The notes beneath the pieces were generated by a model. It did no database searches and was not told the DNA's origin. It saw nothing but the letters and a program-made list of their open reading frames with translations. From Chiloscyllium plagiosum (Eukaryota), in the NCBI RefSeq assembly GCF_004010195.1, contig NC_057720.1, positions 17,106,603-17,170,602 of the forward strand: a stretch of 64,000 nucleotides of DNA, written 5' to 3'. A program made the position numbers and the translations under genes. Positions 12,171-23,921 of the stretch are shown here, piece by piece (the first letter of the stretch is position 1; each line of letters starts with the position of its first letter).

Positions 12171-15071
12171 TCAATAGTCAAATACTCCACATCTCTGTGA
12201 CTCTATGACTCTACCGAGACTGCAGGTCCAATAACCCCTTCATGACATTTCTCTTAATTAAGTTAGAATAAATAGTCAAACAAAAACATTTAGAGCAACA
12301 GAAGAAAACCGATAATGAAGATATAATCCTTTGTAAAATTGAATACTTTTAAAGAAGCAATAGTACTTTGCTTTTGCCTTAAATGTTATAATGCCTGGAT
12401 TGAATTGGAAAGGATACAACACTTCTTTGTTATGGGATGAATGGAAATTGTTGAATAGACAATAACCAGCTGGTTGTGAACCACTTTGTTTTCCAAAAGT
12501 AAAACCAATCTTACTTAATTATTTTCCATCTTGCAGGAGATATTTACAAATCTCCAGAGTATACAAGTAAGGATACTGAAGATGGAATTTTCATCTGACG
12601 TGAGTGTTCATTCCATAGTCCAGTTGGTGCAAGCTAAATATCCCACAAGACCTTTGTTCAAAAATGTTGTTTATTAGAAAACTTATCAAATAGAAGGGAA
12701 ATATCTTTGAGTATTAAGTCCATGTGTGTAGAGTTGATGAAAGCTAATGAAGTAACCTCCACAGTCTAATGTTGCTGCTGTTATAATGTGGTTTGTTCAA
12801 GGTATAAAGAAAAGGGCTTGATCCGAGTAAATTATTATTAATTTACTTCACCAGAATTTTGTTGCAGGTTTGAAAACATTTGATTGTTGTTTTGCTCTTC
12901 AACAATATTCATTAGGTAAAAATAAATCACCTCGATTAAGAGAGTCATGTTCGTTTGGGAAATGTATAGGTGTGTGCCTCACTCAGTTCATTCCACATCA
13001 AACTGATAGGCACTGAACAGAGGCTGTGGAGACAGGGGGGGTGAGGGGAAAATGCAGGCTGTGGAAAGGTTACAGTGGATGGGGAGGGGGCAGGCTGGAA
13101 AACTGCATCACCTCCTCTGGGGTAGGACTGCACTATTAGGTGCCCATAGGATACTTAAATGTCCGGCACTGTCCTCACCAAAGGTTAAGGATCTAAGGGA
13201 GTGAAATCCCAGTCTGACTGTCCCATGAGCTGCCAGCCTGTCCATTGCACGCAGTGCAAGTGGGAGCATAGGCAGCTGAAGATCAGTGAGGGACTCCCAG
13301 ACCACAGGTGAGTGGCTGAGGGAGGGACGGTGGTCATGGGGGGGGTCTCTGCAGCAAGGCCAGAGTGTGACTATAAGCAGCTGCTCCCCCCCTTTCATGA
13401 TCCTGAGTCCCCAACTCTGTGTGCCTGACAGTGAGAGACTGCAGACCGGGAGCCTGAAAGTAAACATTACCAGCTTTGCTTGTGTGGTGGGGAGGAGTGG
13501 GCAGAGTACAGGAGGGAGTCCTAGATCTGGGAATAATTGCGGGATCTCGGATCATTACACATACTTGTGGATTGGGCCTGTGAGGACATGAAGGCATGGC
13601 AGCTATCTGGCAGTGATTATGAAAGGCGTGGTGCTAGGACATAGGAATACTCAGGGGGTTGGGTGTAAGACTTCATAACACTGGGGTGGAGAGAACGAAT
13701 GCTACTTTATTATTTGGCAACCATATAAACAATGATTTAATGAACCCCATTTGGGAAGAAAATGAATACCAAACTATGTGCCTGCTTGAATCCTTTCATT
13801 TGCCACGATGAAAGTTGCATTTTAGGGATAAGCATGGAAATTATTATTGATGCCATCGTATGTATTGTAATATATGAGGTTGATGAGTTAAAGGATAACT
13901 CACGGTGGTATAAATTATTCATGATCTCATTCAACCTTGGCCAATGACACATTCATCTTCACTAGCCTTGATTTGATTAATCTGGATACATAACATTTCA
14001 CATTAAACTGACCTCCAACTTGTGAAGGTTTTCTTTTGAGTTCTAAAGTGTCAGAAGCATTTAACAGAAATTCTAATGGTAGCAGGAGATTAAAGAGCTT
14101 GGAAACTGTCAACTCTTGTGGTCTAGCTGATGCACAGAAACATCAAAGCTCTGCATCTCAAAGACAAATATTGGTCTTGCAGGGAACGTCAAAATTACTC
14201 CCATGTGTCAATTGGTTAGTGAATATTTATTTACTTATTAGCAATAATTGTGCTAAATTCATGAATGAACTTCCAATCTGAATTTTGAAACAGCTAGCTA
14301 TTAATTTGTTTACTCAATATAACAAAGCATTGCTGAATCTTTTAGTGACTTTTACCGTGTGTTTAATACTGAAGTTACACATCATCTTTAATAATTAACA
14401 TCAGAGCACATTTGTACACCACCCCTCAGATGTAAATTAGAGATTCTGCTGCAAAGCTAATGAAAAACTGTCTTCTATTTCAGCACTAGTTAATCCTCAA
14501 CCTCACCACATTCCTGCTTATGACTCACAGCCATGTTCCAATCATCACATCTACATCAGATACTGGATATCCATTATACCAAACAAGTTGTTTCTCATTT
14601 TGTCAGACAGTCATCTTTGGAATCAGTGGGGCATGGCAAGTAAAAGTGAATTAGTTTTTGGATTTGTAGAGAAGTGTTCTGGTTCCAAATAAAAACAATT
14701 AGGCCAAGAGCGAAAAAACACAAAGAATGATAAAGAACAATCATGAAATCAGCATGATTAACAAAAAAGGAAAAAAAATGTGCTAAATTGAAATAATTTT
14801 TCTTAAGAACTGTACAAGAATCAAATAACCAACCTCTAATGGGCAATATTTATGAATAGTTGCAGTATTGTAGATTGCCTGCAAATCATTCTCAACATTA
14901 GAAATTTACCCATTATCAACGGTTAACAGCATTTTAGTTTTAATTCCATGTGATGTAATTTAACATTAGTAATATCTCAAGATTAGTTATTAGTGTAAAA
15001 TGAAAATAAAGCTTTCATTCAGTATGAGATGCAAACTAAATCCAGCAGTTAATCCTTGCATTTCCAAAACA

Positions 15072-15378
15072 TTAGCACTACTGCCTCACAGCACCAGGGT
15101 TCCAGGTTCGATTCCAGCCTTGGGCGACTCTCTGTATGGAGTTTGCACATTCTCCCTGTGTCTGCGTGGGTTTCCTCCGGGTGCTCCAGCTTCCTCCCAC
15201 AGTCCAAAGATGTGCAGGTCAGGTGAATTGGCCATGTTAAATTGCCCATAGTGTTCGGTGCATTAGTTAGAGGGGAATGGGTTTGGGTGGGTTACTCTTC
15301 AGAGGGTCAGTGTGGACTGGTTGGGCGGAAGGGCCTGTTTCCACACTGTAGGGAATCTAACCTAATCTAATCTAATCT
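15072..15378 (+). mobile_element. HE1-type V-SINE
   Basis: tRNA-like head, V-domain TGTGGAGTTTGCAC..GCGTGGGTTTCCTCCGG, (AATCT)n tail. Confidence 0.85.
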
Positions 15379-16020
15379 GAAATTGATTGTTTAAAACAGA
15401 AGTTATATCAGGAATTTGGTTAATGTCAGGATCATGAACAGGCTTGTAACAAATTGACAGCCACATTTTCACTGTACCTGGCCTCTTTTTCACTGAAGAT
15501 CATAGAAAGATGCTTCAGACTTGTTTTTTGGAGACATGTATGTTAGTCTTACTGGGCTACATTCTACCAGAAATTGACAATCTCAATTTTAATGAGCTTT
15601 ATGGAGGATTTCTCTCTGAGAGCCATAGTGAGTATTCTTAGGCCATTCTCTGTAGATCACTTCATTATGTATGCACCACATCTCCATGGCGCCTCACTTA
15701 CACTATCACTCGGGGAGGAGTAGGGCATGTAGGGCATTGCTGGAACCTCTCGGGATTGCTGGCACCATTATTAGAGCCCAGCAGTACAGCAGGCCAAGCC
15801 CTGCCAGCCAGAAGCTGCCCTTTACAATACACTTAGTGAGAGGGGCACAAACAAAAACATCTCTGAGGACCCATTGTTGGCATGGCTAACACTTCATTGC
15901 AAATACAGGTTCACATTTGTAAAGGTATTGCTAGTTTACATCATCATCTGTTTGAAGGACAGCCACTGTAATTTCAACAATAAGAACCAAGTGAAACAGG
16001 TAACCTGTCCTTAGTGTGCA

Positions 16021-16131
16021 TCAGAGGAGCAGGAGAATCTCCTGTTCCTCGGATACTGCCTGACCTGCTGTGCTTTTCCAGCACCACACTCTCGACTCTA
16101 ATCTCCAGTATCTGCAGTTCTCGCTTTCACC
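16021..16131 (+). mobile_element. PLE terminal fragment with short 5' fold-back
   Basis: GAGGAGCAGGAGA-A-TCTCCTGTTCCTC hairpin, then sequence matching 18290-18380. Confidence 0.6.
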
Positions 16132-16299
16132 TAATCTGTCCTTAGTGTCTTCTCATCTGAGAACCCTGCCTAAGGGTTGCCAGTGTGTCCCTAATGCCCA
16201 GCATCGCATAACATCTTCTCATTGTAGGAGCATCACATGCTGTTTGAAATAATTGAAAATATTCATTTTTATTCAGCAACAGCAAAAATTTTCACATCA

Positions 16300-16640
16300 A
16301 CGAGGCGATGGTCCAATGATATTATCACTGGACTGTTATTCCAGAGATTCACTTAATGTTCTGAGGACCTGGGTTTGAAGCCGACAACAGCAGATGATGG
16401 AATTTGATTTCAATAAAAGCAATCTGGAATTAAGAGTTGATTGTCAGGAAGAACACATCTGGTTTACTAATGGTCTTTAGGGAAGGAAACTGCCATCTGT
16501 ACCTGCTCTGGCCTACACATGACTCCAGGCCCAGAGCAATGTGGGCGATTCTTAACTGGTTTCTGGGCAATTAGGGATGGGCAATAAATGCTGGCCTGGC
16601 CAGTGATGCCCTCATCCAGTGTATGAATATAAAAAAAATC
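16300..16640 (+). mobile_element. tRNA-derived SINE
   Basis: A/B-box-like head, tail GGGCAATTAGGGATGGGCAATAAATGCTGGCC, A-rich end. Confidence 0.65.
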
Positions 16641-16915
16641 CTGTCTGGCTTTTGTATCTGGCACTGCAGCATTCTATCATCCACAAGGTAACGTTCCTTC
16701 TGTATGATCTTTCTCCCTCAAAAAACTGTTGTTGCTCTCCCATCTCTTCAATGTCCATCATGTGCCCCTTTTGATTGCCTCATTGTATAGATTGATTGCT
16801 AGGATTGTGCAACACACAGAACGTGTTATGTAACGTCTCCCATCGGATCCTCATCTCCAGGGCAACTATTGTCAGTCCATGACAACTCTGGTGGAAGAAT
16901 GGGCTGCATTGTATC

Positions 16916-18380
16916 AAGAGTCGAGACTGTGGTGCTGGAAAAGCACAGCAGGTCAGGCAGCATCCAAGGAACAGGAAAATTGACATTTTGGGCAAAAGCC
17001 CTTCATCAGGAATGGGAGATAAATGGGAGGTGGGTGGGGCTAGGGGGCAGGTAGCTGAGAGTGCAAGAGGTGGATGGAGGTGGGGTTAAAGGTGATAGGT
17101 CAGAGGGGAGGGTGGAATGTATCAGTGCGAAGGAAGACGAACAGGTGGGACAGGTCAAGAGGGTGGTGCTGAGCTGGAAGGTTGGAACTGGGATATGGCG
17201 GTGGGGGAGAGGAAATGAGGAAACTGGTGAAATCCATATTGATGCTATGGACATGGAGGGTCCCGAGGCAGAAGATGAGGCATTCTTCCTCCAGGTGTCA
17301 GTTGGTAAGGGAGTGGCGAAGGAGAAGGCCCAGGATCTGCATGTCCTCAGCAGAGTGGGAGGGAGAGTTGAAGTGTTCGGCCATGGGTGGTGGGGTTGAG
17401 TGGTGCAGGTGTCCCGGAGATGGAAGGTGAGGACTGGGGTGGGGTGGGGTTCTGTCTTTGTCCTTGCTCTGGTCCTCAACTTCCATCCCACCAACCTCCT
17501 CCTTTCTGCCACCTACAAATAGACCCCACCACCAGAGATATATTTCCCTCCCCACCCCTAACCACTTTCCGTAAAGACTGTTCCCTCCGCGACTACCTTG
17601 TCACATCCATGCCCCCCAAAACCCACCCTCCCCTCCTGGCACCTTCCCCTGCCACCGCAGGAATTGCAAAGCCTGTGCCCACACCTTCTTCCTAACTTCC
17701 ATCCAAGGCCCCAAAGGAGTCTTCCACATCCATCAAAGTTTCACCTGCACTTCCATACATCATTTACTGTATCCATTGCTCCTGATGTGGTCGCCTCTAC
17801 ATTGGGAAGATAGGATACCTATTCGCAGAGCGCTTCAGAGAACATCTCCGGCACACCTGCACCAACCAACCCCACCGCCCTGTGGCCCAGCACTTCAATT
17901 CCCCCTCTCACTCTGCTGAGGACATGTAGGTCCTGGGCTGCCTCCATCACCACTCCCTTATCACCTGATGCCTGGAGGAAAAACACCTCATCTTCTGCCT
18001 CGGGACCCTCCAACCTCATGGTATCCATGTGGATTTCACCAGTTTCTTCATTTCCCCTCCCCTCACCATATCCCAGTTCCAACCTTCCAGCTCAGCACCA
18101 CACTCTTGACCTGTCCATCTGCCTTCCCACCTATCCACTCCACCCTATTATCTTTAACCCCACCTCCACCCACCTATTGCACTCACAGCTACCTTCCCCC
18201 TAGCTTCACCAGCCTCCCATTTATCTCTCCACCCTTGAGGCTCCCAACCTTATTCCTGATGAAGAGCCTTTGCCCGAAACATCGATTTTCCTGTTCCTCG
18301 AATGCTGCCTGACCTGATGTGCTTTTCCAGCACCGCACTCTTGACTCTAATCTCCAGCATCTGCAATCCTCACTTTCACT
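16916..18380 (+). mobile_element. Penelope-like retroelement (Neptune-type) remnant with inverted 5' arm, GIY-YIG remnant and hammerheads
   Basis: GTFPCHRRNCKACAH linker; IYCIHCS*CGRLYIGKIGYLFAERFREHL from 17762; ~500-bp inverted arms; TSD TGCATTGTATC at 16905-16915 and 18381-18391. Confidence 0.85.
18253..18285 (+). ncRNA. Minimal type-I hammerhead motif in PLE pseudo-LTR (mirror copy at ~16980-17012, minus strand)
   Basis: UUC-CUGAUGA-A-GAGC CUUU GCCC-GAAA-CA-UC-GA; mirror copy has perfect GGGC UUUU GCCC stem II but GAAA mutated to AAAA. Confidence 0.6.
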
Positions 18381-19029
18381 TGCATTGTATCTGGACTTAG
18401 CCCAAGGAGTTGCTAATAGCATGTGACAGCAGCTTATGTGGTAAACTCACAACATACTCTTCAACTAAGTGAAGTACTCCACAGTCTTCAAGGAAGACAG
18501 CCAGTACAGTCCAGGGAGTGGACCACGATCAGTCCTACAGGTCCAGCGCAGGGCTGATATCTTCACGGGGAAATGGTGGGATCAGACACAAATTGCATCA
18601 GGAACAATATTATATATTTGTGGGTTGTGCATTGCGAGATCCCACACAGGACCCTCGTTGATCCTTTGAAGCAGCTGTTTGCACAAAAGTTGAATGTAGC
18701 TGTCACCAATAGGTTGGCCACCCACACCTTCAAGTTACAGATCATGTTCCAGCAGTTGGCAAAGTTCTGCAATGATGTCCTGGGACATCCTCAGTCTGTG
18801 GCAACTTTGTATCTCGCTCATGGGGCAACATGGACTATAGACTCTGCTCTTCCTACATGCTCTGATGGGACCTTCTGCAGCGACTTCTTCACCTGCAGGC
18901 TGTTTGACACAGAAAATATCCACAAAAATGACCCCAAATTCATGTTGGCTGCCACTTCAACATTCCACTGTATTTCCCAGGCAAAATCTCTGTCTCAGGC
19001 TTCCTTCAGTGCTCCTGTGAATCTCAGCA

Positions 19030-19620
19030 CAAGCTGAAAGAACAGCACCTCATTTTCCACTCAGAAACTCTGCAGCCTTTGGAATCAATTTTAAAACATC
19101 AACAATTTTAGGCCAAGGACCTCGGAGAAGGTGCTCAGGCCCTAACACCCTGGGGTTGGGGTGCTACAACACTCAACCCATTATCAGCTACTAATAGTCC
19201 TCATTAGCAGCTATTCATTCTCCAAGGCTGACCTTTACCCATTCCTTTGTTTGCCCAAGCAGTTCTGAAGAAGGGTTACCAGATTCAAAAAGTCTCTGCT
19301 TTCTCGCCACAGATGTTGACAGACCTGTTGAGTTTTATTAGCAATTTCTGTTTTTGTTTCTGATTTCCAACATCCTCAGTTCTGTCAGTCCATCTGTTTT
19401 TCTCTCTCTCTGGGTTGTATTGTTTACTCCTCCCACTTACCCAACCCCATCTTCTGCTAAATACCACCCTTTTCCTTGCTACAATTGGTTCTGAAGAAGG
19501 GTCACTGGACCAGAAACGTTAAACTCTGCTGTCTCTTCATGGATGCTGCCAGACTGCTGAGTTTTTCCAGCAATTTGTTTTTGTTTTCGATTTCCAGAAT
19601 CCATTGGTTTTGTTTCCTTT
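19030..19620 (+). mobile_element. PLE 3' end of another family with two tandem pseudo-LTR copies
   Basis: LKEQHLIFH.. remnant; GTTCTGAAGAAGGGT... occurs at ~19262 and ~19488, each followed by a homologous T-rich tail. Confidence 0.65.
19488..19524 (+). ncRNA. Minimal type-I hammerhead motif
   Basis: GUU-CUGAAGA-A-GGGUC ACUG GACCA-GAAA-CG-UU-AAAC. Confidence 0.6.
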
Positions 19621-20130
19621 ATTTTTTCTTCTTTTGAGTTATGATTTAAGCTCCCAACATTACCCCCTGAGCACCATTGTGCTTCACTGTACCTTTAGCG
19701 AAGCCAAAGTAGCAGAAACCTTCAGTGACTCTCCATTCCCCTGAAATAATTTATCTCCTACAATGCACTATTGTCTACCCCTCCCTAATATTCGGAGTTG
19801 TGCTTTTCTCTCATTACAATGAACGTCCCCTCTACCACCCAACAAATGGGTGGTTGTGCTTCCAATCCTCAGAATTGACTTCCCCAACTTTCTTATCACA
19901 GCAGCAGTGACTGGACTCCTGGACAAGCAGCTGACTTGCCACAAACACCTGCCACTGGTGCACTGGACCTGCTGGATTAACCATGGTCCACTCCTTGGAT
20001 TGCAATGGCCATCTCCCTTGATGACTGTGGAGTACTTTTCTTTGTTGAAGTACATGCTGTGAGTTACCACAGAAGCTGCTGTCACATGTTGTAGATGTGA
20101 GTGCCATACAGCAACTTATCATTGTAGTGG

Positions 20131-20390
20131 TTCTATGTGGAAGCAGGCCATTTAGCCCATTGCATCCACGCTGTCCCTCAAAGCAGCACATCCTTGGAGA
20201 CAATGGGCAATTTAGCATGGCCAATCCAATTAACCTGCACATCTTTGGACGGTGGGAGGACACAGGAGCACCCGGAGGAAACTCATGCAGATATGGAAAG
20301 AATGTGCAAACTCCAGTCATTCAACACTGGAATTGAACCCAGGTCCCTGGTGCTGTGAGGCAGCAGTGCTAACCATTGAGCCACCCATGT
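20131..20390 (-). mobile_element. HE1-type V-SINE
   Basis: Reverse complement of the 22512-22821 family. Confidence 0.8.
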
Positions 20391-21458
20391 CTATTCCTTA
20401 ACTGATCTCTGTTGACAATTGTAAACTGCTAGGCTTGATGTCTGCACTATGTCAAGGCAAACATAAGTACTGTGAGCATTTAGGTTCTGACTGAGTGTTC
20501 TGTGAGCATTCAAGTGGAAAAATGAGGAGCCCGGAGCTGTCCCAAAGCCCAATCCATGAGATGAGTACTTGCTGCATATGCAAAGTGTCTTGGCAGCAGC
20601 ATTGCAAAGAAAGGTGCCAGTGTGCTCCAAAGTGCAGCATTAATTGCAGAACTGGATTGCAAGTAGGTTGCAGATGTGGCAAGGCTGCTACAAGTCTGAG
20701 TCAACCTCTGAACAAAGTGCCAGGCACCCTCTGTTCATGGAACATGCCTTGAGATGTTGGTGACTGCTGTCCAAGGTGGAAGCTGGAGGAGCACATGGCA
20801 AGCTGGATTCACCAGGCACCCATGCTGGCATTCATGTCAGGAAGTGGAACCATCTTGTTTCCTTGCCGCAAGTGGGAGAATAGGAACATGCATGAGGGAA
20901 GGGAAGATTAGATACATAAAAACAGGCCTTACATTTGCTAACTAGCAAGATTCTTGTCTCACTATTCAAAATTTGGCTGCAAAACCAATGTTTCTTAACA
21001 TGGTGGGTCTAATTTCTGCCAATCTTGTGCTATTTTATCAATTGACAAGCTATTTCCCACATCATCCCATTCATTCTCACTTAATTTGAAATAAAATCTT
21101 GACAATATTTTTCAAGACAATGGAAAGTAAAAATCTAGCCCAGTGGAGAAAAATATAAAGAAGGCTAATTCACAACGTGTTGAATTGATGATCTAGACTA
21201 TTTTTGCACCCGCACATTTGCAAAGAGCTTAAAATTTATTCTCAAAGTGCTTTTTCCAGATTGGTGCTACATAGACTACATTAATCCCCTTGAGGAAAGC
21301 GGCAGCTCATGTATATAATTAAAAGGTCCATATGGATCACTGAGTCTACAGCACAGCTTGCCTCGACATACCAACCATTTGAAGTAGCCATAGTGTCTTG
21401 TCACAGTGACTTAATATGTTGCAAATTTATTAAAAATATTCAGGTGCCAAAATGGTTA

Positions 21459-22501
21459 GGTCTGCATAAACGGCTCCATTTCGGAATGGCAGGCAGTGAC
21501 CAGTGGGGTACCGCAGGGATCAGTACTGGGACCGCAGCTTTTTATAATATATGTTAATGATATAGAGGATGGTATTAGCAATAACATTAGCAAATTTGCT
21601 GATGATACTAAGCTGGGTGGCAGGGTGAAATGTGATGAGGATGTTAGGAGATTACAGGGTGACCTGGACAGGTTAGGTGAGTGGTCAGATGCATGGCAGA
21701 TGCAGTTTAATGTGGATAAATGCATGGTTATCCACTTTGGTGGCAAGAACAGGAAGGCAGATTACTACCTAAATGGAATCAATTTAGGTAAAGGGGCAGT
21801 ACAGAGAGATCTGGGTGTTCTTGTACACCAGTCAATGAAGGTAAGCATGCAGGTACAGCAGGTAGTGAAGAAGGCTAATAGCATGCTGGCCTTCATAACA
21901 AGAGGGATTGAGTATAGAAGCAAAGAGGTTCTTCTGCAGCTGTACAGGGCCCTGGTGAGACCACACCTGGAGTACTGTGTGCAGTTCTGGTCTCCAAATT
22001 TGAGGAAAGACATTCTGGCTATTGAGGGAGTGCAGCGTAGGTTCACGAGGTCAATTCCTGGAATGGCGGGACTACCTTACACTGAAAGACTGGAGTGACT
22101 GGGCTTGAGTTTAGAAGACTGAGGGGGGGGATCAGATTGAGACATAAGATTATTAAAGGATTGGACACTCTGGAGGCAGGAAGCATGTTTCCGCTGATGG
22201 GGGAGTGCCGAACCAGAGGACACAGCTTAAAAATACGGGGTAGACCATTTATGACAGAGATGAGGAGAAACTTTTTCACCCAGAGAGTGGTGGCTGTGTG
22301 GAATGCTCTGCCCCAGAGGGCAGTGGAGGCCAAGTTTCTGGATTCATTTAAGAAAGAGTTGGATAGAGCTCTCAAGGATTGTGGAATCAAGGGTTATGGA
22401 GATAAGGCAGGAACAGGATACTGATTTAGGATGATCAGCCATGATCATATTGATCGAAGGGCAGAATGGCCTACTCCTGCACCTATTATCTATTGTCTAT
22501 T
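21459..22501 (+). mobile_element. Relatively young 5'-truncated CR1 LINE
   Basis: 200-aa ORF SGVPQGSVLGP..KFADDTKL..LVRPHLEYCVQFWSP; then ORF 22095-22424 and a CTATT-repeat tail. Confidence 0.95.
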
Positions 22502-22511
22502 ACTCAAATGT

Positions 22512-22821
22512 GGGCGGCACGGTGGCACAGTGGTTAGCACTGCTGCCTCACAGCGCCAGAGACCCGGGTTCAATTCCCGCCTCAGGCGACTGACTGTGTG
22601 GAGTTTGCACGTTCTTCCCGTGTCTGCGTGGGTTTCCTCCGGGTGCTCCGGTTTCCTCCCACAGTCCAAAGATGTGCAGGTCAGGTGAATTGGCCATGCT
22701 AAATTGTCCATAGTGTTAGGTAAGGGGTAAATGTAGGGGTATGGGTGGGTTACGCTTCGGCGGGGCGGTGTGGACTTGTTGGGCCGAAGGGCCTGTTTCC
22801 ATACTGTAAGTAATCTAATCA
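22512..22821 (+). mobile_element. HE1-type V-SINE, near full length
   Basis: GGGCGGCACGGTGGCACAGTGGTTAGCAC (A box), GGTTCAATTCC (B box), V domain, CR1-like tail; CpGs retained. Confidence 0.9.
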
Positions 22822-23616
22822 AATATGCCATTTTTGAGGAAAGCAAATGGTTGATATTTTATGAGTTGGCTTTACTATTTATTATGCATTATTGCTCGGT
22901 ATATGGAAGCACTTCACGTCCAGACTTTTAATGACTTCTCATTAACAAAGAAGCTATACATAATGTTTCTAAAATGCTGCACTATTTTATTCCCCGTTCT
23001 CCTGTGGCTCTTTACAATGTGTTGCATTCCTCACTGAGAGGGCAGGAAGGAAATTTGCTTCCAGTGCTCTGCCAACACAATATGACCATCTGCTGGAAGG
23101 TTCTTGACAGCAACTCTCAGGGACTTTTTTCCAGTTTTATTTCCTCCCTGTGGAGATGCCCCTGGGCTCTACTCAATCTTTTTTATAATGGTTTTTGCCA
23201 ATTTGATAACTTAAAGAAGGAACCAATGCACCTTGCCATACTGAAACTCCCTGCTACAACAACAGGAATTTATATGTTATCCTATATTTCGGGACCAAAG
23301 ATGTGTGGGGGGTGTCAATATAGGATAACAACGATCAATTAAAGGCTGTTCTTATTTCTCTTATTCAAATGATACAATATTAATGTAAATACTATTCAAA
23401 TTGAATGTCAGGACATTCTCCACACAAGGAAAATCATTACTTGCATCAGTCAGAAATGGAGGCAATATTGTTGGAATCATTTAAGGAACAGTTGGATAAT
23501 GTGATAAGTGTTTTTCTGAATAGATGAGCAAAGCTGGGTCAAATAGCCTTTCTTGTCTGCACTGGCTGAAATTGCAGTCACGATATCAAATGTGGTAGGA
23601 AAAAGCAACATGCAAA

Positions 23617-23715
23617 TTTATTATTTTTACTCTTTTCATTTTTTATCTTTCTTACAGTTAGTAGTTTGTTTATTTTACTAAAAATGCAAATATTGTTAAT
23701 TGATATACCTTTATT
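23617..23715 (-). terminator. Cluster of candidate polyadenylation signals
   Basis: Minus-strand AATAAA at 23710-23715, 23669-23674 and 23617-23622. Confidence 0.55.
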
Positions 23716-23913
23716 TTTACATAATCATATAGTATAACAAAAGATCATACTTTTTTGGAAAAATTTACAACAAATCCCTTTACAACAGCATATGAAAAAT
23801 AGACATGGACAGAATACAGAATCCTTTAAGTAGGCACAGACACCACCTGCAATTACTTACAAAAGTCAAATGGTACAACCAGCAGTACAGGCTTTGTTCC
23901 TTTAGTAAAATGG

Positions 23914-23921
23914 TGAGGTAG
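23914..23921 (-). promoter_or_regulatory. let-7 8mer seed match in candidate 3' UTR
   Basis: + strand TGAGGTAG = mRNA CUACCUCA. Confidence 0.55.

Larger units (their letters stand above)
10914..12213 (+). mobile_element. CR1 LINE 3' end, interrupted twice (PLE fold-back 11136-11349; antisense CR1 11615-12170)
   Basis: RVQKRFTRMLPGL...RLGLFSLE..RLRG; resumes at 11350; tail TCTGTGACTCTATGACTCTA at ~12193-12213. Confidence 0.85.
16700..18930 (-). pseudogene. PIF/Harbinger transposase fossil, split by a PLE insertion and lacking its DDE core
   Basis: Minus-strand pieces: RLRMSQDIIAELCQLLEHDL and TATFNFCANSCFKGSTRVLCGISQ (N-term, 18560-18930); LATPWAKSRYNA|AHSSTRVV...ALEMRIR...CVLHN (C-term) resemble HARBI1-family motifs. 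Confidence 0.65.

Noticed and set aside
12537..12566. Plus-strand 30-nt micro-exon-like segment (ttgcag|GAG...CAA|gtaagg)
   Set aside because: Good splice signals but no partner exons or recognisable protein; plausible by chance
21496..22098. Longest ORF (200 aa) as a host gene
   Set aside because: It is CR1 reverse transcriptase (QGSVLGP, FADD), 5'-truncated and followed by a stop/frameshift
22512..22590. tRNA gene
   Set aside because: The tRNA-like head continues into a V-domain and LINE tail and recurs eight times, so it is a SINE
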